Shown here piece by piece: positions 1 to 7,762 of a DNA stretch of 48,975 bases. Each line of letters begins with the position of its first letter. Positions within the stretch are counted from its first letter, which is position 1. The translations under genes were made by a program, and so were the position numbers. The stretch comes from a virus. The stretch spans positions 1 through 48,975 of the IMG/VR virus record IMGVR_UViG_3300023284_000573. One strand, 5' to 3'. The notes under the pieces are model-generated. The model ran no database searches. It saw only the letters and a program-made list of their open reading frames with translations, and was not told where the DNA came from.

Positions 1-144
1 CTTAAACGTAGGAATCGAAAACAATGTAACGGTTTTGCCATTAGTGGCAGCTACTGCGCCTCCGAGCCCCGGATCAATCCCACCTACCCACATCAGATTT
101 TCTCCCCAAAGAAATTACGTTTTGCAATTTTATCCAAACCAAAA
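1..144. repeat. Terminal direct repeat copy 1, identical to 48832-48975 (circular-assembly overlap or terminal redundancy)
   Basis: Nt 1-144 read identically to the last 144 nt. The unit genome is 48,831 bp. Nt 1-93 (minus strand) duplicate the first 31 codons of the RuvC-like gene. Confidence 0.95.
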
Positions 145-299
145 ACCAGATTATCAAGCTCTGTGCTGGCTATTTTGGTTTTATTCATCGTGCCGTATGG
201 AATTTCAATTTCACCTTTTGCAGAAAACCGCCTTTCCCCGTCATCAACTTCAGCATGGATTGTAATCCCACCTGATTCAAAATCAATCCAACCCTTCAT
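93..299 (-). CDS. Hypothetical protein (68 aa)
   Basis: ORF in the leftward operon. Its stop overlaps the ATG of the RuvC-like gene across the junction (TGATG). Confidence 0.55.
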   Translation of the reverse strand: MKGWIDFESGGITIHAEVDDGERRFSAKGEIEIPYGTMNKTKIASTELDNLVFGLDKIAKRNFFGEKI

Positions 300-715
300 A
301 CCCCAAACCTTTCCAAAGTACCCCTATAAACCTGAAGGTGAAACTTGTTAGGCTTCTTCTTTCCACTTTCAATTCTTGCTATAGTGTCTGTTCCATATCC
401 TGATACATCAGCAAACTCTGCCTGTGTTATATCAGCGTTTTTCCTTCTTTCAACCAAAGGAACTATCTCGGGAGAAGGTTGATATTTTTTATGCAAATTA
501 CGTTTTATTTTCTGTGTTGAGGCCATACTCATTATCGCAGTCCTGCTTCTGCCGTACAGCCGGTCAAGTATTACTGGCCACTTGCCTTCAGGGTAAACTT
601 CTCTCAGGGTTTTGATCTCGCTCTCGGACCATTCGATCATCCTTGGGGGCAAACGTGTTTTCTTGGTGAGCAGTTCTAATCTGCCCCTAAGATTTTTATA
701 TGCGAAGTCAGTCAT
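296..715 (-). CDS. DNA-binding protein with a SANT/Myb-like N-terminal motif and an XRE-type HTH
   Basis: Motifs WSESEIKTLREVYPEG..GRSRTAI and ITQAEFADVSGYGTDTIARIESGKKKP. Overlapping start and stop junctions with both neighbours. Confidence 0.6.
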   Translation of the reverse strand: MTDFAYKNLRGRLELLTKKTRLPPRMIEWSESEIKTLREVYPEGKWPVILDRLYGRSRTAIMSMASTQKIKRNLHKKYQPSPEIVPLVERRKNADITQAEFADVSGYGTDTIARIESGKKKPNKFHLQVYRGTLERFGV

Positions 716-927
716 TGTTTTTTTACCTCATATGGTAGGGTGGTATAATACCGTGAAAGAATAAAATGCTTTCTGACTCCTGTATCAAAATCTGTCACAC
801 TTCGTCTTTCTGGCCCCGTTCTAAAGCCTCTCATCTTCCAAAAAGGGAATGTCACCCAGAAAACTAACCAAGCGACAAAGAGATTTGTAGCCCAAGCATC
901 GTGATAAGCGGTTTTATATCTTTTCAT
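712..927 (-). CDS. Small membrane protein (71 aa)
   Basis: Hydrophobic stretch NLFVAWLVFWVTFPFW. 4-nt overlaps with both neighbours. Confidence 0.45.
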   Translation of the reverse strand: MKRYKTAYHDAWATNLFVAWLVFWVTFPFWKMRGFRTGPERRSVTDFDTGVRKHFILSRYYTTLPYEVKKQ

Positions 928-1781
928 GCCGCACTCATCCTTTCGTAAATATCAGTTATCTCTTTTGGTTGCTCACGGAAAAACTCAGGAGTTCCTGGCT
1001 TGGCACCGAAATGTCCGTTCCAGCTTTTAGGGTCTTTGATAAATTCTGCTATCAAGTGTTCCCACTTACCAAGTTCAGGGCCTTTTCCGTTATCGTTGTA
1101 TTCATCTGTCCAGCGTTCTTCGTTAAACCATGTCAAAGGGTTGGGAATGTATTGTCTTTCAGTGCCTTCTGCTTGCCAATAGTCAACCGCCCTTTCCCAC
1201 CCAGCTATAATTGGTTCAGTCTTTTCTCGGTTGCAGATTGAAATGAATCTCTTTTTTACTTTCCCGTAAGCAACTTTTTTAGGGCAGATATTCCATACTC
1301 TTTCGTCAAAGATTTTACTCAATTCTTTTTCTTTTAAGAGTTTCTTTTTAGTGGATATGGTTAATGGTTCATGGATAGGTACGGTTTCGCTAGAGTTTCG
1401 CTTTAGCGTTCTGTTAGCGTCCGCTACATGCTGTTTCTTTAAATTCAATGACTTAGCCATACCACCTAGTGAACCAGCTTTGCGATTCATGATTATCTTA
1501 GCTTTCACGTTTTTGAAGTCAACCTGAATTCGTTTTTGACTAATCAGGTCGTTCTCAATGATGAAAAATTGTTCTATAGATGACCATACTTTCGCCCACC
1601 TTGAGGGAGCTACTCTGGCCATCCTTCTCAACCTCGCTGGGTCAAGCTCAAGTGGTTCGCCGTTATTCCTCCAAAGACAAATTAACAGCATAATATATGC
1701 TCCTGTTTCTTCTGCTGATAGGCCCATTGTGTCTGCGATAAAAGCATCTGTTGCTACTGGCCAGATTGGTGCCTCGGCCAT
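924..1781 (-). CDS. DUF1376/YdaU-like replication-associated protein
   Basis: N-terminal segment DAFIADTMGLSAEETGAYIMLLICLWRNNGEPL matches the remembered DUF1376 pattern. It lies directly downstream of DnaB. It contains phased short repeats at 1384-1420. Confidence 0.7.
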   Translation of the reverse strand: MAEAPIWPVATDAFIADTMGLSAEETGAYIMLLICLWRNNGEPLELDPARLRRMARVAPSRWAKVWSSIEQFFIIENDLISQKRIQVDFKNVKAKIIMNRKAGSLGGMAKSLNLKKQHVADANRTLKRNSSETVPIHEPLTISTKKKLLKEKELSKIFDERVWNICPKKVAYGKVKKRFISICNREKTEPIIAGWERAVDYWQAEGTERQYIPNPLTWFNEERWTDEYNDNGKGPELGKWEHLIAEFIKDPKSWNGHFGAKPGTPEFFREQPKEITDIYERMSAA

Positions 1782-1799
1782 CCTTTTTTCTCCAACATT

Positions 1800-3188
1800 T
1801 TATAAATCTCTCAGTGTTGCGGTATCAATAAAGTTTTTAATAAATACGCTTCCGGTAGAACCGCCGCGTTGCTTGCCAATAATAAGTTCAAGCCTTCGTT
1901 CGGTTGACCGTTGTTCTTCGTGCCAGACAGCCCATGCTTCCTTGTCTTTTTTATAACTAGGTTCTGTTCTGTCACAGTAAGGGAATATGATTACATCTGC
2001 ATCCTGTTCGATTTGTCCTGCTTCCCCAAGATCGCTCATCAAGGGACGCTTGTTGTCTCGTTTCTCGCATTCACGGTTAAGCTGGCATACAACGACAACA
2101 GGAATATTTAGTTCTTTAGCCAGTTCTTTCATTTCACGGGACATTTCACCGACTATTTCATTTCTCCGCCTACGGTCCCCAGGAGCGCCCATAATCAGTT
2201 GCAGGTAGTCTATGACAATTAATCCCAGCTTGGTGCCCTCACGGGCCTGAGAACGCTGTAGACGGCGGGCATTAAGACAAAGGCTTGCCAAGTTCTGTCT
2301 GCCATCGTCGATTACAAGAGGAAGCTTATTTAATAATCTTTTTGCTTCATCGTAAACTTCCCGGTCTGTTATCTTGCCGTTGTCCAAGTCTTCGTAAGGC
2401 ATAGGGGTTTCGAGCCGTCTGGTAATGTCGGATATAAGTCTTTCAGCATATTCTCTCTTGGGCATCTCCCGGCTGAATATCCCAACACCGGTCCCTGAAC
2501 TGGCCCCAACGCGCGCGAGGTGCCCTGCTAATGCAGACTTGAACATCCCTGGCCGTCCTGCTAGTATATATGTTCTGCCACCTTTTAGCCCGCCTATCTT
2601 GTCGTCCAGTGCTTTTAACCCGGTGGGTAAACCGGCGACACCTTCAGATTTAATGGCCTGTTCTATTTCTTCGGTGGCTTCTTTGGTTGCTACGCTTATA
2701 TGCTGCCAGCCTTTTGATATTGTATCGGAGGTCCGGGCTTTGAATATGGCCTGCTCTGCATTGTCTAAAAGGTTATCAACTTCTGTTCCGACCTTGAGTG
2801 TCCGCGTAGCTGTCATTAAATCGTTGCAAATTGTTACCAATGCTCTACGCTTGGCTAGGTCTACTATACCTTTAGCTAGGTCAGAAACAGGTACGACAGG
2901 GCTTGAGTGCATCATTCTGACAAGGTATGTATCTCCGCCAACGTCTTCCAGAGAAGGATCGTTTTTAAAGAAGGGCCTTAATGTTTCGGGGCTAAATCCT
3001 GAGCCTGTCTTCCAGAGCGTGAGCATAGCGCCAAACAGCCTACTGTGGGCTTGGGATGAAAAGTGTCCGGGGGTTATATGATCTAGGATAGTGTCAATAC
3101 GAGCGTTGTTGGTGAGGAGAGAGCCCAAAAGAGCTTGTTCCAAAGGGAGGTCCTCAAGAGGGTTTTGTATTTCAGCCGTCACTTCCAT
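1800..3188 (-). CDS. dnaB: Replicative DNA helicase, DnaB family
   Basis: N-terminal LEQALLGSLL motif, Walker A AGRPGMFKSAL, Walker B LIVIDYLQLI, and CQLNRECEKR. 462 aa. Confidence 0.9.
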   Translation of the reverse strand: MEVTAEIQNPLEDLPLEQALLGSLLTNNARIDTILDHITPGHFSSQAHSRLFGAMLTLWKTGSGFSPETLRPFFKNDPSLEDVGGDTYLVRMMHSSPVVPVSDLAKGIVDLAKRRALVTICNDLMTATRTLKVGTEVDNLLDNAEQAIFKARTSDTISKGWQHISVATKEATEEIEQAIKSEGVAGLPTGLKALDDKIGGLKGGRTYILAGRPGMFKSALAGHLARVGASSGTGVGIFSREMPKREYAERLISDITRRLETPMPYEDLDNGKITDREVYDEAKRLLNKLPLVIDDGRQNLASLCLNARRLQRSQAREGTKLGLIVIDYLQLIMGAPGDRRRRNEIVGEMSREMKELAKELNIPVVVVCQLNRECEKRDNKRPLMSDLGEAGQIEQDADVIIFPYCDRTEPSYKKDKEAWAVWHEEQRSTERRLELIIGKQRGGSTGSVFIKNFIDTATLRDL

Positions 3189-3194
3189 TGAATA

Positions 3195-3581
3195 TTATTC
3201 TCCTTTGGGGCATCTTTTAAATTTAATTGCTTTCCAACCATCAGATTTCATTTCAAGCCAAGTGATTTCCTTGTAATCTGGCCACTTTGGTGGCATAAAA
3301 AAGGTGGCGAACTCCCCTAGTTTGTCCTCGGTTTCGCCGTACCCCATGCGGTAACCACGGGGGTCATAAAGAACATAGAGAGTGGCCGGGATTGCCTTGG
3401 GTGGTCGTAGGGTCTGAGGCTCATCTTTAATTTCGGGCCGATTTATTGTTGGTGCCTCTGTTAGTTCGGTTTTCCACCCCTTTGGCGGGGGCCACGGCAC
3501 ACCCCATTTCTCAAGAGTCTTTCTTGTCCACCCCCCCTTCGGAGACCGTGCGGCAAGAATTTCTTCTTCACTTAGCTTCAC
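3195..3581 (-). CDS. Hypothetical protein (128 aa) with a GGWTRKTLEKWGVPWPPPKGWK motif
   Basis: ORF with a 4-nt overlap with the upstream gene. Function unknown. Confidence 0.55.
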   Translation of the reverse strand: MKLSEEEILAARSPKGGWTRKTLEKWGVPWPPPKGWKTELTEAPTINRPEIKDEPQTLRPPKAIPATLYVLYDPRGYRMGYGETEDKLGEFATFFMPPKWPDYKEITWLEMKSDGWKAIKFKRCPKGE

Positions 3582-3784
3582 CCGCCATCTCCATTGAATT
3601 CCTTTTCAAGCTTTTCAACTTCTGCTAAAATGGTGTTGAGTTTTCCAAGGTTGGGTTGGTTTGTTCCCGCTTTCCAGCGTATCCAAGTTTTGTGTGGTAT
3701 GTCTGCTCTGCGGCAAACGTGAGCCATTGTGGTGCTTACAGCTTCAACCCGGCCCTCGATCTCTTCATAATCAACGGTAATCAT
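3578..3784 (-). CDS. Small HTH protein, Cro-like, first gene of the leftward operon
   Basis: TTMAHVCRRADIPHKTWIRWKAG reads as an HTH. Divergent from the rightward operon. No SD upstream of the ATG. Confidence 0.55.
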   Translation of the reverse strand: MITVDYEEIEGRVEAVSTTMAHVCRRADIPHKTWIRWKAGTNQPNLGKLNTILAEVEKLEKEFNGDGG

Positions 3785-3790
3785 TTTTTG

Positions 3791-3819
3791 AACTTATACT
3801 AATTAAGTACAAAGTGCAA
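3791..3819 (-). promoter_or_regulatory. Candidate sigma70 promoter for the leftward operon (TTGCAC-17-TAAGTT)
   Basis: On the minus strand the sequence reads TTGCAC, a 17-nt spacer, TAAGTT, then 6 nt to the ATG at 3784. This implies a leaderless or near-leaderless mRNA. Confidence 0.35.
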
Positions 3820-3831
3820 GAAAATAATAGC

Positions 3832-3859
3832 TTGACATTAATGTCCCTAGTGATAAGGT
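3832..3859 (+). promoter_or_regulatory. Candidate sigma70 promoter for the rightward operon (TTGACA-16-TGaTAAGGT extended -10)
   Basis: Perfect -35 TTGACA at 3832-3837. TG at 3851-3852 precedes TAAGGT at 3854-3859. SD AAGGAG lies upstream of the ATG at 3881. Confidence 0.45.
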
Positions 3860-3880
3860 AATAGAAAGGAGAAATAACAA

Positions 3881-5047
3881 ATGGCATTGCCACCAAACCA
3901 ATCCTCTCTGTCCTTGTTGCAAGCTGCCCAACAGGCGTTGGGAGAGTCAGGCGACCAACTGCGTATGCAACAGCTTTCTAATTTGGGGGCAGCTAGTTTA
4001 CAAACATTATCCGACACTACTTCCTGGTTCTCTATGGGTACTGGCGGTGGAGGTGGCTCTGGCGGTACAGGACAAGCGTTTCTTGGGAATTTTGTGGCGT
4101 CCACTTGGCCAGAAACAAAATCACCTACAAAAAAACAGCAGGCTTTGATAGATAAATACGAGGCCCTTGTTTGGGGGCACATTAACAACACTGACCAAAT
4201 TAACAGGGACGCCATTAAAGAAGCTGTGGCTAATTTGTTTGAATATGCGCGGTTGGATTGCCCAAAAATTAAGTTCCATAGAGGAGAGCCTGAAGGTGAC
4301 GAATCTAAGGGCTTGTTCGACACTTATTTCAAGACACCAATGAGAGAAGATATTTTTTCTAAAGGCTATGTTTTTAACGAGGCTGAGACTCTTTATAATG
4401 AAACCATAGGTTCAGAAGACAATCTGCCTCTGGATGTTTTTGAATTTAGAAAAAGACAAGAGGGTGGAGAAGGGTTCCCTAATCCTATTTTGGAAAGGGT
4501 TGCTCTTTTGGAGGCTCTTTGTCGGGAGACTTTTCATGTCCGCTTTACAGACAGGGTTGTCCATGTTTGGGAACGTCCTTCAAAAATTAATTGGGACGAG
4601 GAAAAACGCCTTCATTGTGAAAACGGCCCCGCAATAAAATTCAGGTCTGGCAAGAGCATCCACATCTGGCATGGCACAGAAGTTCCTCGCAATTGGATTG
4701 AAAGGGGAGTTGATGCAAATACTGCTCTGACTTGGAAAAACACTGAAGAACGCCGATGTGCCTGTGAAATTGCTGGCTGGCACAACATCCTAGAAGAACT
4801 TAACGCAATAACTATCAACAAAGACGAAGACCCGATGGTGGGTGAGCTGGTTGAAGTTGAAATGCCTTTTAGGGGTGGGTTCATGGGTTCATTTACCAAT
4901 AAAGAGAAATTCTTGCGCGTGATGTGTGGAACAGGTCGTGAATTTGCCATACCCGTACCATCTGAAATGAAAACCGCGCTTGAAGCCAACGCCTGGACTT
5001 ATGGCGTTGATCCCGTAACTATCAAACAACTTGAACACAGAACATAG
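3881..5047 (+). CDS. Early protein (388 aa), possibly DUF6745-like, with a poly-Gly linker
   Basis: Strong SD. GTGGGGGSGGTG linker. C-terminal segment LHCENGPAIKFRSGKSIHIWHGTEVP resembles the remembered DUF6745 signature. Confidence 0.65.
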   Translation: MALPPNQSSLSLLQAAQQALGESGDQLRMQQLSNLGAASLQTLSDTTSWFSMGTGGGGGSGGTGQAFLGNFVASTWPETKSPTKKQQALIDKYEALVWGHINNTDQINRDAIKEAVANLFEYARLDCPKIKFHRGEPEGDESKGLFDTYFKTPMREDIFSKGYVFNEAETLYNETIGSEDNLPLDVFEFRKRQEGGEGFPNPILERVALLEALCRETFHVRFTDRVVHVWERPSKINWDEEKRLHCENGPAIKFRSGKSIHIWHGTEVPRNWIERGVDANTALTWKNTEERRCACEIAGWHNILEELNAITINKDEDPMVGELVEVEMPFRGGFMGSFTNKEKFLRVMCGTGREFAIPVPSEMKTALEANAWTYGVDPVTIKQLEHRT

Positions 5048-5056
5048 GAGAAGATA

Positions 5057-5392
5057 ATGAAAACAGTAACCGGAATTTGCGCGCAAGGCGATATGTTAAT
5101 TATCCCTGTAAAGAAAATCCCTAAAGGCTTAAAAAAAGCTGAAATTGTAAACGGGGAATATATTCTTGCTCACTCTGAGACAGGGCACCACCACGTTATC
5201 GACGCCCCAAAAGCCGATGTCTTTGTCACAGACGACGAATTCAAAGCGTTCATGGAAGTTATCACACCTGCCGAAATTAAACACAAACGATCTTTTGATA
5301 CCCATGAAAGCCTAGAACTTCCCAAGGGCAAATACGAAATCCGCCGTCAACGAGAACACACACCCGAAGGTTTCAGAAAAGCTCAGGATTAA
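5057..5392 (+). CDS. Hypothetical protein (111 aa) with QGDMLIIPV..HSETGHHH motifs
   Basis: SD GGAGAAG upstream. Motifs recalled from a widespread phage family of unknown function. Confidence 0.6.
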   Translation: MKTVTGICAQGDMLIIPVKKIPKGLKKAEIVNGEYILAHSETGHHHVIDAPKADVFVTDDEFKAFMEVITPAEIKHKRSFDTHESLELPKGKYEIRRQREHTPEGFRKAQD

Positions 5393-5425
5393 TGAAAACC
5401 ATATCCATAATGAGAGAGATAAATA

Positions 5426-5644
5426 ATGGCAGAATTTAAAATAGAAAAAAACATCCCATTTCCTCGATCAGGTAGTATGTACCCAATTGCTGAGATGGAG
5501 GTTGGCGATTCTTTTTTGGTCGAAGATATTGATAAAAGAAGCTCTGTCGTAACAACTATATGTAGGTTTAGAAAAGAACAGCCAGACAGGAAGTTCACCA
5601 CCAGAAAAGTGGAGGACGGTTATCGGTGTTGGAGGACTAAATGA
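5426..5644 (+). CDS. Hypothetical protein (72 aa)
   Basis: ORF with ATGA coupling to the next gene. Confidence 0.55.
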   Translation: MAEFKIEKNIPFPRSGSMYPIAEMEVGDSFLVEDIDKRSSVVTTICRFRKEQPDRKFTTRKVEDGYRCWRTK

Positions 5645-5886
5645 AACAAGTCTCAATCATGAGAGAGATAGAAACAGATGGGGCTTATGGTTCCCGACAG
5701 ATCACAGTTGAAGTTAATGCTACATTTGTCAGAGAGTTACAGCACACCACAGATAACCACCCGCCTGTTTACATCCCTTACATGGATAGCTTTGAGGTCT
5801 TAGATGACAACGGCAAAGATATTACTGACCAGCTTACCCCAGACATAAGGGAAAAGCTAGAGAAACAGGTAATGGATGCAAGATAG
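5641..5886 (+). CDS. Hypothetical protein (81 aa)
   Basis: ATGA overlap with the upstream ORF. Confidence 0.55.
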   Translation: MKQVSIMREIETDGAYGSRQITVEVNATFVRELQHTTDNHPPVYIPYMDSFEVLDDNGKDITDQLTPDIREKLEKQVMDAR

Positions 5887-5895
5887 GAGGATATT

Positions 5896-6159
5896 ATGAA
5901 GTTTGCAGATTTAAAATTTGAACAACATCCTAATTGGGACGAAGTAGCGGCCCGCCACGACTTCAAAAACGGTTATGGTGTTTCAGTCATTAAGGCCAAA
6001 GGAAGCTACGGATACGAACAGGGATTGCACGAAATAGCCGTGTTTAAAGATGGCGACCTTTGCTACGATACTCACATTACCGATGATGTTTTGGGGAGCC
6101 AGACCGAAGACCAGATTACCGAAGTAATGAGGCAGGTAGAAGCTTTACCAACAGATTAA
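5896..6159 (+). CDS. Hypothetical protein (87 aa)
   Basis: SD TAGGAGGA upstream. Confidence 0.55.
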   Translation: MKFADLKFEQHPNWDEVAARHDFKNGYGVSVIKAKGSYGYEQGLHEIAVFKDGDLCYDTHITDDVLGSQTEDQITEVMRQVEALPTD

Positions 6160-6167
6160 TACGACTA

Positions 6168-6211
6168 GGGGGAGGGACCTCCCATATGTCCCCTACGACG
6201 TACCCTCCCCC
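6168..6211 (+). other. GC-rich inverted repeat: GGGGGAGGG, 26-nt loop, CCCTCCCCC
   Basis: 9-bp perfect arms at 6168-6176 and 6203-6211. It ends 5 nt before the SD-less ATG at 6217. Confidence 0.5.
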
Positions 6212-6216
6212 GCCTT

Positions 6217-6411
6217 ATGGAGAAAGAAACAGTGAAGAAAAATGAATTCAAATGTGATTGTTGCGACGGCGTTTTTGAACATAAACCTCAAGAAGAGTGG
6301 TCGGAACAAGATAAACTGGACGAACTACACGGTCTTTTCGGAGATATTTCTTTGTCCGATTGTGCCAGTGTTTGCGACGATTGCTTTAAGGAAATGGGGC
6401 TAGAGGACTAA
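6217..6411 (+). CDS. Zn-ribbon-like small protein, paralog A of 47713-47913
   Basis: NEFKCDCCDGVFEH..EWSEQDK.DEL..LFGDISLSDCASVCDDCF closely matches the minus-strand ORF at 47713-47913. Confidence 0.65.
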   Translation: MEKETVKKNEFKCDCCDGVFEHKPQEEWSEQDKLDELHGLFGDISLSDCASVCDDCFKEMGLED

Positions 6412-6414
6412 CCT

Positions 6415-6588
6415 ATGAACACAACATTATTAAAACAAGAGAAGATGCAGAGAGAGATTGATTTGCTAATGGAATGTGTCTTGTTAATTAACAGGGGGCT
6501 CCGCACTGAGGAACAGGCCGCGCTTTGTTTACAAGCTTTTGAAAAACTAGAAGCAATTTATTTATCTAAACAGGAGAAAACCAAATGA
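6415..6588 (+). CDS. Hypothetical micro-protein (57 aa), not in the ORF track
   Basis: Hand translation MNTTLLKQEKMQREIDLLMECVLLINRGLRTEEQAALCLQAFEKLEAIYLSKQEKTK. ATGA overlap with the next gene. Confidence 0.45.
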   Translation: MNTTLLKQEKMQREIDLLMECVLLINRGLRTEEQAALCLQAFEKLEAIYLSKQEKTK

Positions 6589-6827
6589 AACCACTTAATC
6601 TTATATTAGATTACACGGAAACAGCGAAAAGACAACAGCATGAAAAAGCAACAACGGATTTTTTAATGTTTCCTCAAATTGATGACGTGGTGCTTCAAGT
6701 TATCTATCCCAACGGCGAACATGCCGCCACTTTCCCAGAAGTCCGTACCCCCAAGGCTGGTAGAAAAGCGGCTAAAACGTTTATGAAGTACGCGACCTGT
6801 AACTTTATTGATAAGACTAAGGAATAA
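6585..6827 (+). CDS. Hypothetical protein (80 aa)
   Basis: Coupled ORF in the operon. Confidence 0.5.
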   Translation: MKPLNLILDYTETAKRQQHEKATTDFLMFPQIDDVVLQVIYPNGEHAATFPEVRTPKAGRKAAKTFMKYATCNFIDKTKE

Positions 6828-6829
6828 TT

Positions 6830-7111
6830 ATGTTGAATCTTAGGATAGGCAAAATTAGTGATTTCTTCGCTCTGGGGTACAGTCATTGCCACAAGTGCCT
6901 TACTAATTGGGGATTTGTTGAAGGACACACCACGCGCGTTACTGAAGGAAGTGGTTGTTTCCCGCTTTGTGAGCGATGTTGGGAGGGGCTCACCCCTGAA
7001 GAACGCCTGCCCTATTACCGCCAGCTTTATGACGAGTGGTTGGCCGATGGCTGCAAGCCTAGATACCCGTGGTCAAAACTAAAAACCGCTGTATTAAATG
7101 AAAGGAATTAA
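6830..7111 (+). CDS. Cys/His-rich hypothetical protein (93 aa)
   Basis: HCHKC...CFPLCERCW pattern. Confidence 0.55.
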   Translation: MLNLRIGKISDFFALGYSHCHKCLTNWGFVEGHTTRVTEGSGCFPLCERCWEGLTPEERLPYYRQLYDEWLADGCKPRYPWSKLKTAVLNERN

Positions 7112-7113
7112 AG

Positions 7114-7284
7114 ATGCCTAAAGAAACACCATGGTCTACGGACGATAGGAGATTAGAAGCGTTCAGGATGCTTTGTGAGTGCTATAATGGAGCGTTTGGC
7201 ATACCTTATGTAAATGTTTGCCGCGACCCAAATTTAGAATTTGAATTAGAACTAGGTAAGGCATACCCGATAAAAAAGAAATGA
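7114..7284 (+). CDS. Hypothetical micro-protein (56 aa), not in the ORF track
   Basis: Hand translation MPKETPWSTDDRRLEAFRMLCECYNGAFGIPYVNVCRDPNLEFELELGKAYPIKKK. It fills the gap between its neighbours. Confidence 0.4.
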   Translation: MPKETPWSTDDRRLEAFRMLCECYNGAFGIPYVNVCRDPNLEFELELGKAYPIKKK

Positions 7285-7285
7285 A

Positions 7286-7582
7286 ATGCCTACAGGAAAA
7301 CATGATCTTGAACCAGGATATTATAAAACCCGATTATGCGCGCGAGGGCCATATGTTCCCGTTAAAGTATCCATGGAAAGAGGAAAGTTCTGCCGTATCC
7401 GCGAGGGTAAGTTATTCTCCCACATGGTTCTCAAGTGTAAGTGGTGGCCTAATGTTGGTGATGATTTGTATGAAGAGATCGACCCTTTTGAGGAGCGTAA
7501 TTATTTCACAAGATGTATGTTCTTTAAAGATATAGATGAAGATGAATTTGAATTTATGATAGCAATGAAGGAGTTAGGATGA
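7286..7582 (+). CDS. Hypothetical protein (98 aa)
   Basis: Preferred over the overlapping 7281-7535 frame because it runs up to the next start. Confidence 0.5.
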   Translation: MPTGKHDLEPGYYKTRLCARGPYVPVKVSMERGKFCRIREGKLFSHMVLKCKWWPNVGDDLYEEIDPFEERNYFTRCMFFKDIDEDEFEFMIAMKELG

Positions 7583-7749
7583 CAACCAACGCATTATTGA
7601 TAACAATTGGAATTTTCATCGGTGTGTTTATTTATGTGGGGTTTGCATATTACATCAAAGAAAACCTTGGAGTGTGGGGGCTTCCTGTGGCTTTAGTTCC
7701 TATCTTTTTTGGTGGTTGGTGGCTGTTAAGTTACACGGAAAAACTATAA
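7579..7749 (+). CDS. Two-TM micro-protein (56 aa), not in the ORF track
   Basis: Hand translation MTTNALLITIGIFIGVFIYVGFAYYIKENLGVWGLPVALVPIFFGGWWLLSYTEKL. ATGA overlap and SD AAGGAG. Confidence 0.5.
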   Translation: MTTNALLITIGIFIGVFIYVGFAYYIKENLGVWGLPVALVPIFFGGWWLLSYTEKL

Positions 7750-7762
7750 AGGAGTTAGGATA

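Noticed and set aside
2425-3081. 218-aa plus-strand ORF antisense to dnaB
   Set aside because: It lies entirely inside the well-supported DnaB gene. It has a low-complexity S/P/L-rich composition and no SD. It is a typical antisense shadow ORF.
3578-3784. Cro-like HTH and divergent promoters as evidence of a temperate lifestyle
   Set aside because: No integrase, excisionase, CI-like repressor with a cleavage domain, partition genes or attachment site were found. Lifestyle cannot be inferred from this.
6157-6167. TAATACGACT(A), an 11-nt match to the start of the T7 class III promoter
   Set aside because: No phage-type RNA polymerase gene is present. The match does not extend into the -7 to +1 part of the promoter. 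No second copy exists. It is treated as chance.
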